A stretch of DNA of 64,000 nucleotides, taken from assembly GCA_951406725.2 (NCBI GenBank), contig OX597814.1, positions 150,598,001 to 150,662,000 of the forward strand, read 5' to 3'. Positions 13,932 to 26,446 of the stretch are shown here, in pieces (position 1 is the stretch's first letter; the number at the start of each line of letters is the position of its first letter). The stretch is from Octopus vulgaris. Taxonomy: Eukaryota. A program made the translations under genes and the position numbers. A model generated the notes under the pieces. It made no database searches and was not told the origin of the DNA. It saw only the letters and a list, made by a program, of their open reading frames with translations.

Positions 13932-14696
13932 ATTGCCAGTTTAGCCAATAAAAACACACGCACTATATATTTGGTGTTATTTTGCTTCAGTGATATTTAT
14001 TTTTTACATTAATCTTAATCTTATTTCGGCCAAAGTTCTTTCGTCACACTCCTGTGACCGCATAGAACAGATGCAACAATTAGACAAATTACAGAAGCTA
14101 CACATATAATAGAAAATAAACCTAGCCTGAATAGAAAACTAGAATGGAGCAATAGCGCACACCACAACATATGACAATAGTGGATCCTGCAAACATAATA
14201 AATACACAGGTAATTAAAGAAATAGAAATGAATATCTATATATATGTATATGTGTATATATATGTATATGTATATGTGTATATATGTGTGTATATATGTA
14301 TATATATATATATATATGTATATGTATGTGTATGTATATATATATGTGTATATGTATATTCTTTTTTTTTTTTTTTTTTTTTCGATTAGATTTATTATTA
14401 TTATTACTAATATTGTTGTTATACATACATACAAGCATATGTAATGATGATAATGGGTGGATGTAAACACATGAACAAAATTAGAACAAAAGCAACAACA
14501 ACAAAAACAAAATACAAATTACAAGAATGTATATAACCAGAAGATACAAATATTACAGGCATCCCCCCCACACACACACTAAATAAACATAGACGCACAT
14601 AGAGATATAAGCATGCGCAAATGAAGACATACAATAGAAATACAAAATGGCTGACGGTTAGTAAGGAGAGACACAAGTAAGTGAGAAGAAAACAAA

Positions 14697-14741
14697 GGAC
14701 CACTGATGCGGTCACAGGAGTGTGACGAAATAACTTTGGCC
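14697..14741 (+). ncRNA. Hammerhead-like motif in the inverted PLE arm
   Basis: Same motif as 9441-9485 with one substitution in stem III (GAAA-UAACU-U). Confidence 0.55.
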
Positions 14742-14911
14742 GAAATAAGATTAAGATTAATGTAAAAAATAAATATCACTGAAGCAAAATAACACCAAAT
14801 ATATAGTGCGTGTGTTTTTATTGGCTAAACTGGCAATATGACCATTCCGAAATATAACAATATCTGTTTCAACACACGACTTCACATAAAAAATCTTGCA
14901 CAACAAATATT

Positions 14912-14949
<38 letters not shown>

Positions 14950-15047
14950 CATACACACATAGATGTTGTATATATGAATTTTCTTGTGATTTAGCTTACA
15001 TCTAATTTGCCTTGTTCTGGCCTTACCCAAGAATTATATATATATAA

Positions 15048-15605
15048 CCCTGTTCGAAGGTTTATAATGGACGCAGGTTGTGAGTCAAATAGCTAGCTTG
15101 AGGCGGTGGCCTCTTGGAGCTAATCAGCGACAGCTTTAGTCTTATATTTATAAGACTGCCATATTAGTATAGCGATAACTATTAATTTCCAGTAACGCTG
15201 CCGTAATCTCCTTTAGAGAGACTTAGTAATTTTAATATTTCTATTATTGAAAACAAGTGGATGTATTCCACTGAAACTAGGTAAATAGATTCTTCGAACA
15301 GGGACAGTCAGTAGCGACACCTGCTGGGTCTGACTACGCTGCATTGATAAAGGGCAAATACCCTGAAACATGTCTGCAGCTGTCTGACTGGCAGGATGAA
15401 GCGGCTGACCTCCCCGTTCGAAGGTTTATAATGGACGCAGGTTGTGTGTCAAATAGCTAGCTTGAGGCGGTGGCCTCTGGGAGCTAATCAGCGACAGCTT
15501 TAGTCTTATATTTATAAGACTGCCATATTAGTATGGCGATAACTATTAATTTCCAGTAACGCTGCTGTAATCTCCTTTAGAGAGACTTAGTAATTTTAAT
15601 ATTTC

Positions 15606-15610
<5 letters not shown>
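15048..15610 (+). mobile_element. Retrozyme-like / non-autonomous PLE: about 1.55 tandem copies of a 364-nt unit with one HHR, flanked by (TA)n
   Basis: ~199-bp direct repeats at 15048-15246 and 15412-15610 with only a few mismatches. HHR lies in the unique part. TA runs on both sides. No ORF. Confidence 0.8.
15338..15380 (+). ncRNA. Minimal type-I hammerhead ribozyme, U3-A8 variant
   Basis: GCUGCA-UUGAUAA-AGGG(CAAAUA)CCCU-GAAACAUGUC-UGCAGC. Perfect 6-bp stem I, 4-bp stem II, palindromic ACAUGU stem III, GUC cleavage triplet. Confidence 0.85.
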
Positions 15611-15642
<32 letters not shown>

Positions 15643-15983
15643 CGTATGTGTATGTAATTTTTTATGTATGTATATTTTTGTTCGTGTGTGTATCGTTGTC
15701 GTTATGTTTGTGTGTCCCCCCTCCATAAACGTTTAATAACCAGTGGTGGTTTGTTTACGTCCTCCGTAACGTAGCACTTCGGCAAATGTGTCTGATGGAA
15801 GAAGACTTCAATACAAATAAATAATTACTGGTGTCGATTTCTTTCGACTAAATCCTTCAGTGTGATAGCCAAGCATGGCCACAGTCTAATGATTGAAACA
15901 ACTGAAAGATAAAGGATAAAATACATACAGAAATGTGCGCACACGCATACTCAGATATCTACATGCTGACACAAACATTTAGA

Positions 15984-16042
<59 letters not shown>

Positions 16043-16067
16043 GCTTTGCCATTCATACATTCATTAT

Positions 16068-16904
16068 TTCTTCCACTCTAGAGGAACAAGGCCTGAAACA
16101 TTTTAGGGAGGGGGCCAGTCGATTAGATCGATCCCAGTACGCAACTGGTACTTAATTTATCGACCCCGAACTGATGAAAGGCAAAGTCGACCTCGTCGGA
16201 ATTTGAGCTCGGAACATAAGACAGACGAAATACTGCTAAGCATTTCGCCCGGCGTGCAAAGGTTTCTTATTTCTTTAATGCCCATAAGGGGTTAAGGAAG
16301 GAAGGAAGCACTCCGTCGGTTACGACGATGAGGGTTCCGGTTGATCCGAATCAACGGAACAGCCTGCTCGTGAAATTAACGTGTAAGTGGCTGGGCACTC
16401 CACAGACACGTGTACCCTTAACGTAGTTCTCGGGGATATTCAGCGTGACACAGAGAGTGACAAGGCCGGCCCTTTGAAATACAGGTACAACAGAAACAGG
16501 AAGTAAGAGTGAGAGAAAGTTGTGGTGAAAGAGTACAGCAGGGATCACCACCATTCCCTGCCGGAGCCTCGTGGAGCTTTTAGGTGTTTTCGCTCAGTAA
16601 ACACTCACAACGCCCGGTCTGGGAATCGAAACCGCGATCCTATGACCGCGAGTCCGCTGCCCTAACCACTGGGCCATTGCGCCTCCATATAAGGGGTTAA
16701 ACATAGAGGAGACAAACAAGGACAGACAAAGAGATTAATCGATTATAACGACTTCCAGTGCATAGCTGGTACTTAGTTTATCGTCCCCAAAAGGATGAAA
16801 AGCAAAGTTGACCTCGGCGGAATTCGAACTCAGAACTTAACGGCAGACGAAATACTGCTAAGCATTTCGCCCGGCGTGCTAACGTTTCTGCCAGCTCGCC
16901 GCCT
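16068..16904 (-). mobile_element. SINE family B tandem pair, interrupted by SINE C
   Basis: Sense strand aaggcggcgagctggcag...gagttcgaattccgccgaggtc...ctttcatcct...cgataaa...aagtaccag; homologous to 56252-56661. Confidence 0.85.
16296..16686 (-). mobile_element. SINE family C, young full-length copy with 12-bp TSD
   Basis: tRNA-like head ggaggcgcaatggcccagtggttagggc...ggtttcgattccc; (CTTC)n tail; TSD ATAAGGGGTTAA at 16284-16295 and 16689-16700. Confidence 0.92.
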
Positions 16905-17133
16905 TTACATACTTTCGTTATTAACGAAAAGAACTCCAATATGCGTGTATATGTATACACACACGTACACACACGCACGTATATTTTGTTGAGAAAGCGC
17001 TTAAACTTTAAGGCAATAATACATTTAGGAACGGCATGAATGTCACAATTCTCACCTTCAACAGAAACAAAAATGTATGTCTTCATATTCATTAATATGC
17101 AATAACTAATTCAGATATTTTTAAAATATCGCT

Positions 17134-17341
17134 TACGAGTGGGTGCTTTGGGTAAAAGAAAATACAGGAATATCAATTAATTGTGATTTAATTCAACATA
17201 TTTCCCTCTCAGTTTTATACAATTATTGCGGTGTTCCTTCAGTTTTTCTAAGCCCTGTAAAAAAAAAACTCAGAAAGTCGGGCCTCCAGTCAGGCCTTTC
17301 ACGACACCCTTAAAGCCAGGATCTTTTCAGCACCCCCTCGT
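17134..17341. mobile_element. Mariner-type MITE
   Basis: Ends acgagtgggtgct / agcaccccctcgt; homologous along its length to 61136-61351. Confidence 0.65.
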
Positions 17342-17857
17342 GCATCCCTGATCTTCTTAAGAAGTGCATGTGTGCTGCTACACCGAATTCCTGAATTCAT
17401 CTTTTAAGAAAAGTAAGAAGTCTTATATTTCATATGTATTATGAGATACAAAATACACAATTAACATACCAAATATTTCTTAGTATGTAGTTAATGATTG
17501 TTGAAAAGGCATGACGAATACAGATTCCTATTCATAGTAAACCATACAAAGAAACAGCTTAGGTCAGGTTTCATGTCAACTTAAAAAAAAAAAAATGCGG
17601 TCGACTTTTGTTGGAACCGTTTACGCAAGTGTTGATAATATTCCTGAGAAAGGAATGTACCCCACAACACAGCATTAAGCGTACGAGAAACTCTGTCTAA
17701 GTAGTCCACATCCATGCTGTCGTCGTTGTTGATGTCGAGTCGATCGTTAATGCGAACACGATCTTACTATAACTAAGTTGTTTATCTATCTTTCTATCTA
17801 CTTAGTTATCGCTCTATGTATCAATAATTTAGTGTGTTGTCTGCTCGTGTGTGTGTG

Positions 17858-17892
<35 letters not shown>

Positions 17893-18090
17893 GTGTTTGT
17901 GTGTGTTTGTGTATGTGTGTGTGTGTGTGTGTGCATGTTTGCATGTGTGAATGTACACACGTGCACACATTCATAAACACATAACTAACTCGCATATATA
18001 TATATACATACCTACTTACATATAGACACACGTAGCACGTAGGCGGGAAACTTCATAAATCTATCAGTCCTTCTCTTTCCATTTATATAC

Positions 18091-18145
<55 letters not shown>

Positions 18146-18156
18146 GAAAGAAAGTG

Positions 18157-18214
<58 letters not shown>

Positions 18215-18491
18215 ACAGACAGACAGACAGAAAATATATGCTATTTGTGTATTTCGTTTATCATTCTGGATTTCTCGTAGTGAATGGTTGTATATTGTTA
18301 CTACCATGGTATGGACGTGTTTGTGATAATTTGCTCACATTGAATAAGTTAGTGAAAAAAAAAAGAAGATAAAAATAAAGCTAGAGGCACTAAATATACA
18401 CCAACCGAGCTGATAATAGCAATGAGTAAATAGTAATATATGTGTGTAAGTATGTATATATAATATATATACAAATATAAGTGTGCGTTTG

Positions 18492-18538
<47 letters not shown>

Positions 18539-19116
18539 ATATGTATGTGTGTTTGTATTCATTTCTAACTTAATGGGAATATAGTATATCTGCGTGAGAA
18601 CCGCCCAGCTTTTAACAACACATTCTAAACCATCTGTATAAATTTCATTCATATAGACAAACCGTGCTTTAGTTAAACGACACATATACGCGTCTATAAA
18701 CACATGCGGATAATATGATTTATTAATCTCATCGGCACACACCCTCATGCACACAGCGAAAGCCCGCGTTTAAGGAAGTATGTGAAAATGAAAGGACGAA
18801 CATGCAACAGAGTAGGAGAGATAATAAAGAAAGAGGTGGATTCTTCAGACACCGGTGGATTTGCTAGTCTTATTCGTCGACTTTAAAAAAAAGCCCTCTC
18901 TTACCTTTGGACATAGTCATTAAAAGTTACTGAAAAAGTACAAAAAGCGAAAGACTGTCACATCAGACTGGAATGCGCTCAAAGAATGGGTGAGTAAAAA
19001 TCTAACGTTTACATATATCGAACTGACTTAATTCTGTCAACCTATCTATTTCGTCTTGTTTTATCTTACACACGCACACACACACACGCAAACGTACGCA
19101 TACATATATATGTCTA

Positions 19117-19150
<34 letters not shown>

Positions 19151-19184
19151 GAACAGACAGACAGATAGATAGATAGATAGATAG

Positions 19185-19231
<47 letters not shown>

Positions 19232-19543
19232 CAGAATAAAGTTTGTTGCCGGTTTATTTATATCGGTATGTGTTATTGCAAATGAGCATTCACGAACATA
19301 CGTATATCCATACACACGCTTTCTACACACTTATATATGTATACGAACATATACATACATATATATACACAACCACATACATATGTATATGTATACACGC
19401 ATATATATATTTTTAACGCGCGCGCACACACACACACATACATGTTTGTCCCATTTTGTATTTATATATATACATATATATATATTCGCATACACACATA
19501 AAGATGCATACGTGCACGCTCAGAACACATGTAGGCATACATA

Positions 19544-19583
<40 letters not shown>

Positions 19584-20085
19584 TGTGTGTGTGCGTGCAT
19601 GTGTGTAACTATTCATTCAGAAAGAATTCTCAAGGTAATACGTTTCTCAGCACTTGTAAAGTTTTTGACACCAAATATAAACAAATATTAAGCATTACAA
19701 ACGCCATCGTCGAATCGCAATAATACCACTAATTAGAGACACTTTGGTATATCCCGAGTGGTGTAGTAACAGACCTCAGTGAGTCTGGGACTGTATCGTC
19801 TTCATTTTTATTTTATTCAAACCAGTAAACGATGATGTGCGAAAGGTTTGACTGCGATTTCTAGCAGGGTGACTGATCGTATAAAAGATTCTTCTGCGTT
19901 AACCTAGAAAATGTTTGTTCTCGTGCGTGTATTCATTTTTTTTTCTTATTTTTTTTTAATATCATACCTTTTTCCTTCCCTGCTCATTCGATACCTCAAC
20001 TAAATGAAATCATTATCATCATCATCATCATCATCGTCATTATTATTATTATTGTTATTATCATTATTATTATTATCATTATTAT

Positions 20086-20134
<49 letters not shown>

Positions 20135-20310
20135 GAGACGGCGAGCTTGCGTCATTTCGTCCGTCTTCACGTTCTGAGTTCAAATTCCGCCTTCCATCCT
20201 TTTCGGGTCGATTAAAAAAGTACCAGTTGAGTACTGGGGTCGATGAGATCGACTATCCCCCTTTGTGCCTATAATAGAAAGGATAATAATAATAATAATA
20301 ATAATAATAA

Positions 20311-20344
<34 letters not shown>

Positions 20345-21255
20345 CATTATTATTATGATTATTCCTGATAGTGGTTTTAAATTCCGGCACAGCGCTAGTA
20401 GTGTTTGAGGGGAGGGATAAGCCGATTACATCGACCCCCAGTAATTGATTGGTCCGAAAGGATCAAAGGCAAGGTCGATCTCGGTGTAATTTGAACTCAG
20501 AACATAATGACGCTAAACATATTTTACACAGCGTGCTAGCGATTCTGCCAGCTCTCCACCTTATCATTACTAATAATGAAGCGGTCTGGCAGATTCGTTA
20601 GCGTGTCGGACAAAATGCTTAGTATAATTTCTTCTGGCTTAATGTATGAGTTCAAATTCCCCCAGGAGTTCTACTATGCTTTTCATTCTTTCGTGTTCGA
20701 TAAAATAGGTACCAGTTAAGCACAGGAATCATTGTAATCGACTACGCATGTCCCCATAAAATTTTAAACCCAGTGCCTATAGTAGAAAGGGTTATTATTA
20801 TTACTAAGGTGGCGAAGACGGCGAGCAGGTAGACTCATTAGTACTTCGGGCAAAATGCTTAGCAGCATTTCTGTCGACTTATTAGGTTCTGAGTTCAAAT
20901 TCCGCCGAACTCGACTTTGCCTTTTAGCCTTCCCGGATCGATAAAAATAAATAGCAGCATTGGATTTGATGTAATCGACTTACTCCCTTACCCCGAACTT
21001 ACTGGGCCTTGTATCAAGATTTGAATCGATTTATCATTAAGGCGGCGGACCCGGTAGAAGCGTAAGCGCGTCGGACAAATTGCTTAACGGCATTTCTTTT
21101 GCCTCTGTACGCTCTGTGTTCAAATCCTGCTGCGGTCAACTTTGCCTTTTATCCTATTATGATTTGATAAAATAAAATACCAACCAAGGGGTGCATGTAA
21201 TCAACTTGCCCTCCTCCTCTCAAAATTACTGGTTTTGCATCAAAATTAAAAAGAA
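20135..21255. mobile_element. Cluster of about five SINE B copies in (TAA)n/(TAC)n
   Basis: Repeated gagttcaaattcc...ttt(c)atcc...cgataaaat blocks in both orientations, separated by ATT/AAT runs. Confidence 0.8.
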
Positions 21256-22447
21256 TTATTATTAATTTTATTATTATCATTATTATTATTTCAGTATTAG
21301 TTATTATGAATATTTCTGTATCCTTACATCCTTGAATGAAGTGATTTGTTTGTTCCTTTGTTTGTTTATTTATTCCCTAATTATATTGAAAAAAACACTG
21401 CGTAGTGGTATCAAGTAGCTTCCCATTTAGGAGTGTTCGAATGGCGATCTCAAATTTATGGGCTAATTTCCTGGATTGGGCTACTCGTTGTTTCCTTGAA
21501 ATAAGGCACTTAACTTCACACTACTCCATTCTACTTAACTGAAAATAAATAACACGTGAGTGCTGCTCCAGCTGCCTCAGCCGCCCTCCTCTCACTAGCT
21601 GCCATATACAACTGTGTCACTGGATCAAGGATAAGAGAGAGCCTAGAGGATGTGAATATCTGTTCGCAAATTAACAGAGGGCCTAAAAAAATTAGCGAAA
21701 GCATGGGACATGCTACTAAGCTACGTTATCACTCGCGAGTGACGGCTGGCTATAAATACTGTATTTTACCACTTGGCATTCAGATTGTCAGATGCAATGT
21801 TTATTTATTCACGTTATTTTGAATTAATCATTTATTATCTTATAACTTTGGGATTTCAATAACGAGATTCTTTATTTTCAGAATGACATTGTAGTGTAAA
21901 TGTGAAAGGCTGGATCTGGCCAGTTTAAGCATAAAACAGGTTGACTATTTGAGCCAGATATGACCAGATTAATCGCTAGAGTGAAACTAAATAATTCTTT
22001 TAAATGTGTGTAAGTCCTAAGAGTTTTGGTCATATATTTATCAGTATCTGCTTTAATCATTCTTAAGATACATAATATAGTGGATGGGGATTTCTGTGCT
22101 CGATCGCTATATTCTGGTTATCTCTATTTCCAGATTTTATATCTATTTCAGTTAATCTTCTGCCGATTCCAGTCATTAGACCGCAGTCATGCAAAAGTTA
22201 TAGGTTTCAAAGGACCATATCAACTCGCAGTGTTTCATTTTATTCTTCCACTTATCAAATAACTGTCTTGACAGAAGTATGCACTCACGCATATGCGTAG
22301 GTGGGTGAAAGCATGATTGCGTGTATATATTTGAACAAAAACACACACTCGTGTGTGTGTGTATGTGTAAATATAGGTAATGAAAATGTAAACAGGCGAA
22401 AACTTTTCAAGAAACAACAGCGTAGGGCTCAAGTTATTATATGTATA

Positions 22448-22616
22448 GGCGTAGGAGTGGTTGTGTGGTAAGTAGCTTGCATACCAACCACATGGTTCCG
22501 GGTTCAGTCCTACTGCATGGCATCTTGGGCAAGTGTCTTCTACTATAGCCTCGGGCCGACTAAAGCCTTGTGAATGGATTTGGAAGACGGAAACTGAAAG
22601 AAGCCCGTTGTATGTA

Positions 22617-22661
<45 letters not shown>

Positions 22662-22847
22662 GTGTATATGTTTGTGTGTCTGTGTTTGTCCATCCAACAT
22701 CGCTTGACAACCGATGCTGGTGTGTTTACGTCCCCGTAACTTAGCGGTTCGGCAAAAAGACCGCTAGAATAAGTACTAGGCTTACCAAGAATAAGTCATG
22801 GGATCGATTTGCTCGACTAAAGGCGGTGCTCCAGCATGGCCACAGTC
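22448..22847 (+). mobile_element. SINE family A, full length
   Basis: Same head and body as 3639-4100. Confidence 0.9.
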
Positions 22848-24124
22848 ATGCGTGTATGTTTATAAAACTTATGACGCAGGGCGGTTATTAAGTTTCTCCA
22901 AGTCATCAGATCTGCATGTGTTACCTGTTTCCTATCGCTGCCGAATTTTTTTTCTTATTGAAGTTATTACTGCCCGTCCCGTACAGAATTTTAGGTTCAA
23001 TATGGCTTCTACAATACCTCATAACCCTCTTTGCCCAACAAGTATCTTCTAGAAACTAATCGAGAATAAACTGTCGGATGTCCAAATAGCTCGTTATGTG
23101 TACGTGCGTCAATGTATGCACACGTGTATGTGTGTATGTGTATATATGTATGTATATATGTATGTGTGCGCGTATATATGTATGCATGTGTGAGTATGCA
23201 TGTATCTATGCATGCATGAGTATGTAAGTATGCAGGTATGTGTGTTTGTATGTATGCATGTGAGTATGCATGTAGTGGAGGTGTATGGTCAGTGGTTGGG
23301 ATGTTGCATTTATAATTGTAAGTTTGTGGTTTCGATTCTAGGGCCAAGCGATGCATTGTTTTCTTGAGCAAAATACTTCATTTTACGTTGTTCCAGTCCG
23401 CTCAGATGGCAAAAATGAGTAATCATACGATGGACTGGCATCCTGTCCGGAAAACCGGACTCATGAGCCTAAAGCTGGGGGAAGGGCTTCTTTTGTTTGT
23501 TTTCATGATTGTGTGTATGCATGTGTCTATGCATATCTAACGGACACCTACATTACTTCTCTGAACTAAATTCCAGTCATAGATCCTAAGTTAACACTAA
23601 GTTACAGTCGAAAACATTTACCGCTAGGCCTCGTGTTCGATATGCCTACGTCTTGAGATACTTTGTTAATATTTTCCCCCTTTTAGATACATATCGTTTG
23701 TTGTCTGTAGGAAACAATACATGTACTACCAGACATTTGTTTTCTTGGATATCGTTCATAATAATAGCTGGGTGATCCCCCACCACCACCACTACCATTC
23801 TCACCGCTTTTGTGATTTGGCGTGTTGCAAAGCACGATAACCTTTATCATTTCTTTGAATCCGTTTCAGTTTCCTCATTTTACTATTACTATTTTTTAAC
23901 AATTTTTTTTTATCATGTTGTTATAATTTCATACGGATTCTACTGCTGCTTTCCAAAGGTATGTGTACTATTGTCTTTTGAAGAATGTGCTGTTGTGTTT
24001 GTATGCTATATCTCTTTTGCTCGGTTGAAGAGTTTTTATTAAATGTTTCAGCTCGATTATAGGTTGTTTTTTTTATAGATGTTTCTGTATTAGTGTTTCA
24101 TCAGTTCATTGTGTAGACTTAATT

Positions 24125-24524
24125 CTTTCTATTCTTTTACATGTTACAGTCATTTGACTGCGGCCATGCTGGAGCACCGCCTTTAGTCGAATAAAAAGAA
24201 AGCCCAAACTTATTCTTTGTAAGCCTAGTACTTATTCTATCGGTCTCTTTTGCCGAACCGCTAAGTTACGGGGACGCAAAGACACTAACATCTGTTGACA
24301 AGTGATGGATGGGGGACAAACACAGACTCTCAAATACACACACACACACACGTATATATATGACGGAATTCTTTCAGTTTACGTTTACCAAATCCACTCT
24401 CAAGACTTTGGTTGACTTGAGGACATAGTAGAAGATACTTGCCCTAGGTGCCATGCAGGGGGACTGAACCTGGAACCATGTGGTGTGGAAGCAAGCTTCT
24501 CACCCCCATAGCCACTCCTGCGCC
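24125..24524 (-). mobile_element. SINE family A
   Basis: Reverse complement of the family head and body. Confidence 0.88.
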
Positions 24525-25250
24525 CAATGCTATGTAAGTTTTATTGCTTTGTCGATTGGTGTTTGTACTTCGAGTTTGTTGCGTTAGCTGTGTTTTCGCT
24601 TTTAGTGTTAGCTGATGATTGTGTAGAGTATGTGCTGTGTGGTTTGTGATTGCGTGGTACATAAGTAAAATATATAGAGCTGTGTTGGTTGTCGTTGGTG
24701 TTGTCTGCGATAGATTATAGAGTCGGATGTCGATTATGTAAAAAAAAAATGTGTATGCTATTTAATTTTTATTAACTGGTGATCGTGTTGCGTATATGTT
24801 GAGTGATTTCTGTTGTATTAATGAGTAGTTTATTGTGTTAGAGTTTGTATTATGTGATCTTTGTTATATTAGAGAGTGGGGACTGTATAGAGTATGTGCT
24901 GTGTGGGCTGTGTAATATTAGTGGGTGGTTATTATTTAAGTATGTGTTGCGTAGGTTGTGATGCTATTGGCTGGTTTAATGTGTTGTGTAGGTGTTTTAT
25001 ATTATCGGGTCGTGCTTGTGTGGAACAGTTTTTTCCCAATGTTTTTGCTCTTGAGAGCCGTTGAAATAAATTCCATGTCTAAAGGAGCGCCTACATAAAA
25101 AATTGTTATGTCATATTTAATCTAATTATTCCTTCCTAGAGTTAAATTTCATAGGTGATTAAATAAAATCATAGAATTACATTTGAAATGTTTCAGAAAT
25201 AAAAGTCATAAACAAAAATTTGTTCAAGTTAAATTCCCAATAGAATTTCC

Positions 25251-25671
25251 GGATCTTTTCGGTTTGAACGGCAGTTTTTTGTAACGGTGTCATATGAAGT
25301 TGCCACTCATAATTTGACCCTAGTATCGATCTACTGCATTTCAATCTGTTTTAGAGTTAGGGTTAGGGTTAGGGGTGGGGGGAAGGGTATCTTTTTTTCT
25401 TCAGAAATGTAAATAAACCCAATCTGTTTCTTAAACGAGGGACATATTCATACGGCACAGAATGATTTTTACCTCAATGGACGTAATTGATTGGTTGAAA
25501 TTGCAGAAATTGAAGAAAAAAACAACAAATATCTTACAAACTATAGAATTTTCTCAATAAAGCCAAGAGAAAAAGATGTTTTATAAACACATTCTACCAG
25601 TATACGAAGTTTAAAATTTCTTAGTTACCTAGAAATTATGTTAAAAACTGCCGTCCAAACCGAAAAGATCC
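25251..25671. mobile_element. MITE with 29-bp GG-initiated TIRs and 8-bp TSD (Merlin-like or hAT)
   Basis: TIR GGATCTTTTCGGTTTGAACGGCAGTTTTT with 1 mismatch between ends. TSD GAATTTCC at 25243-25250 and 25672-25679. Confidence 0.9.
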
Positions 25672-26389
25672 GAATTTCCTTATGAAGTAGTTATTTTTTT
25701 TCCTTCATCGTTAATGCTAGCAGTACCCATGGAAATACCACGGTTATTTTGAAAACTGCAAGATGTTTGGAAGTTTATAGAGAACCATGAAAAACATAAC
25801 TTCTCTTAAAATCGCATTTAGTTTAAAAGTGTAAAAGCCCACATAGATAGTATTGAATGTGTAGTTTTAGGCGACAACATCTCTGAAAGCTATATTGTTT
25901 ATAAGAGACTTGTCCTATCTTCTACCCATGAGTTGTTATCTGTCATTTATCTACTAGTTTTCGACAATCTTAAATATAGAATTAAATCGAAAATATAAAC
26001 TGACTGTAATATTATTCTACTACTATACAACTACATAGACAAAACTTTAACAAAACTTAATACACTGTATAACATCCTTATTACCATTTCAGAGGGAAAA
26101 TCGTATGATAAGTCCTATGGCTACTCTCCTGAGCTATATATTCTAAAACCAGAAACGTATCAATAATAAATACGACACGGCTGTACGGTTAAAAGAAAAT
26201 TGCTTCATAACCCTGCAGTTCTGGGTTCCGTTCCACTCTGTAGTAACTTGCGTAATATCTTTCTTATATAACATCGATTTGATTAATACTCTGAATAAAA
26301 TTTGGTTGACAGAAACAGTATAAAAACCTGTTGTGCGTGTGCGTTCGTTAGTGTATGCTCACACACACATCTCACTCTCTCTCTGTATA

Positions 26390-26446
<57 letters not shown>

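Larger units (their letters stand above)
9321..14915 (-). mobile_element. Penelope-like retroelement (EN+ PLE), near-intact, with pseudo-LTR and inverted 5'-truncated partner copy, inserted in (TA)n
   Basis: RT + GIY-YIG ORF. 13908-14063 is a direct copy of 9321-9476 (offset 4587). 14061-14915 is the reverse complement of 10120->9321 plus 13907->~13854. Both outer ends abut (TA)n (9300-9320, ~14914-14945). Confidence 0.95.

Noticed and set aside
14677-14682. GTAAGT donor in the pLTR as a PLE intron
   Set aside because: No convincing polypyrimidine tract or acceptor before the ATG; cannot be supported from sequence alone.
9321-14915. DNA transposon with 800-bp TIRs, or an LTR retrotransposon
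   Set aside because: It encodes a PLE-type RT and GIY-YIG, not a transposase or integrase; the arm contains the 3' end of the ORF and the arms are unequal in length.
16610-16686. tRNA gene candidate
   Set aside because: It is the tRNA-derived head of SINE C, continuous with the SINE body and bounded by a TSD.
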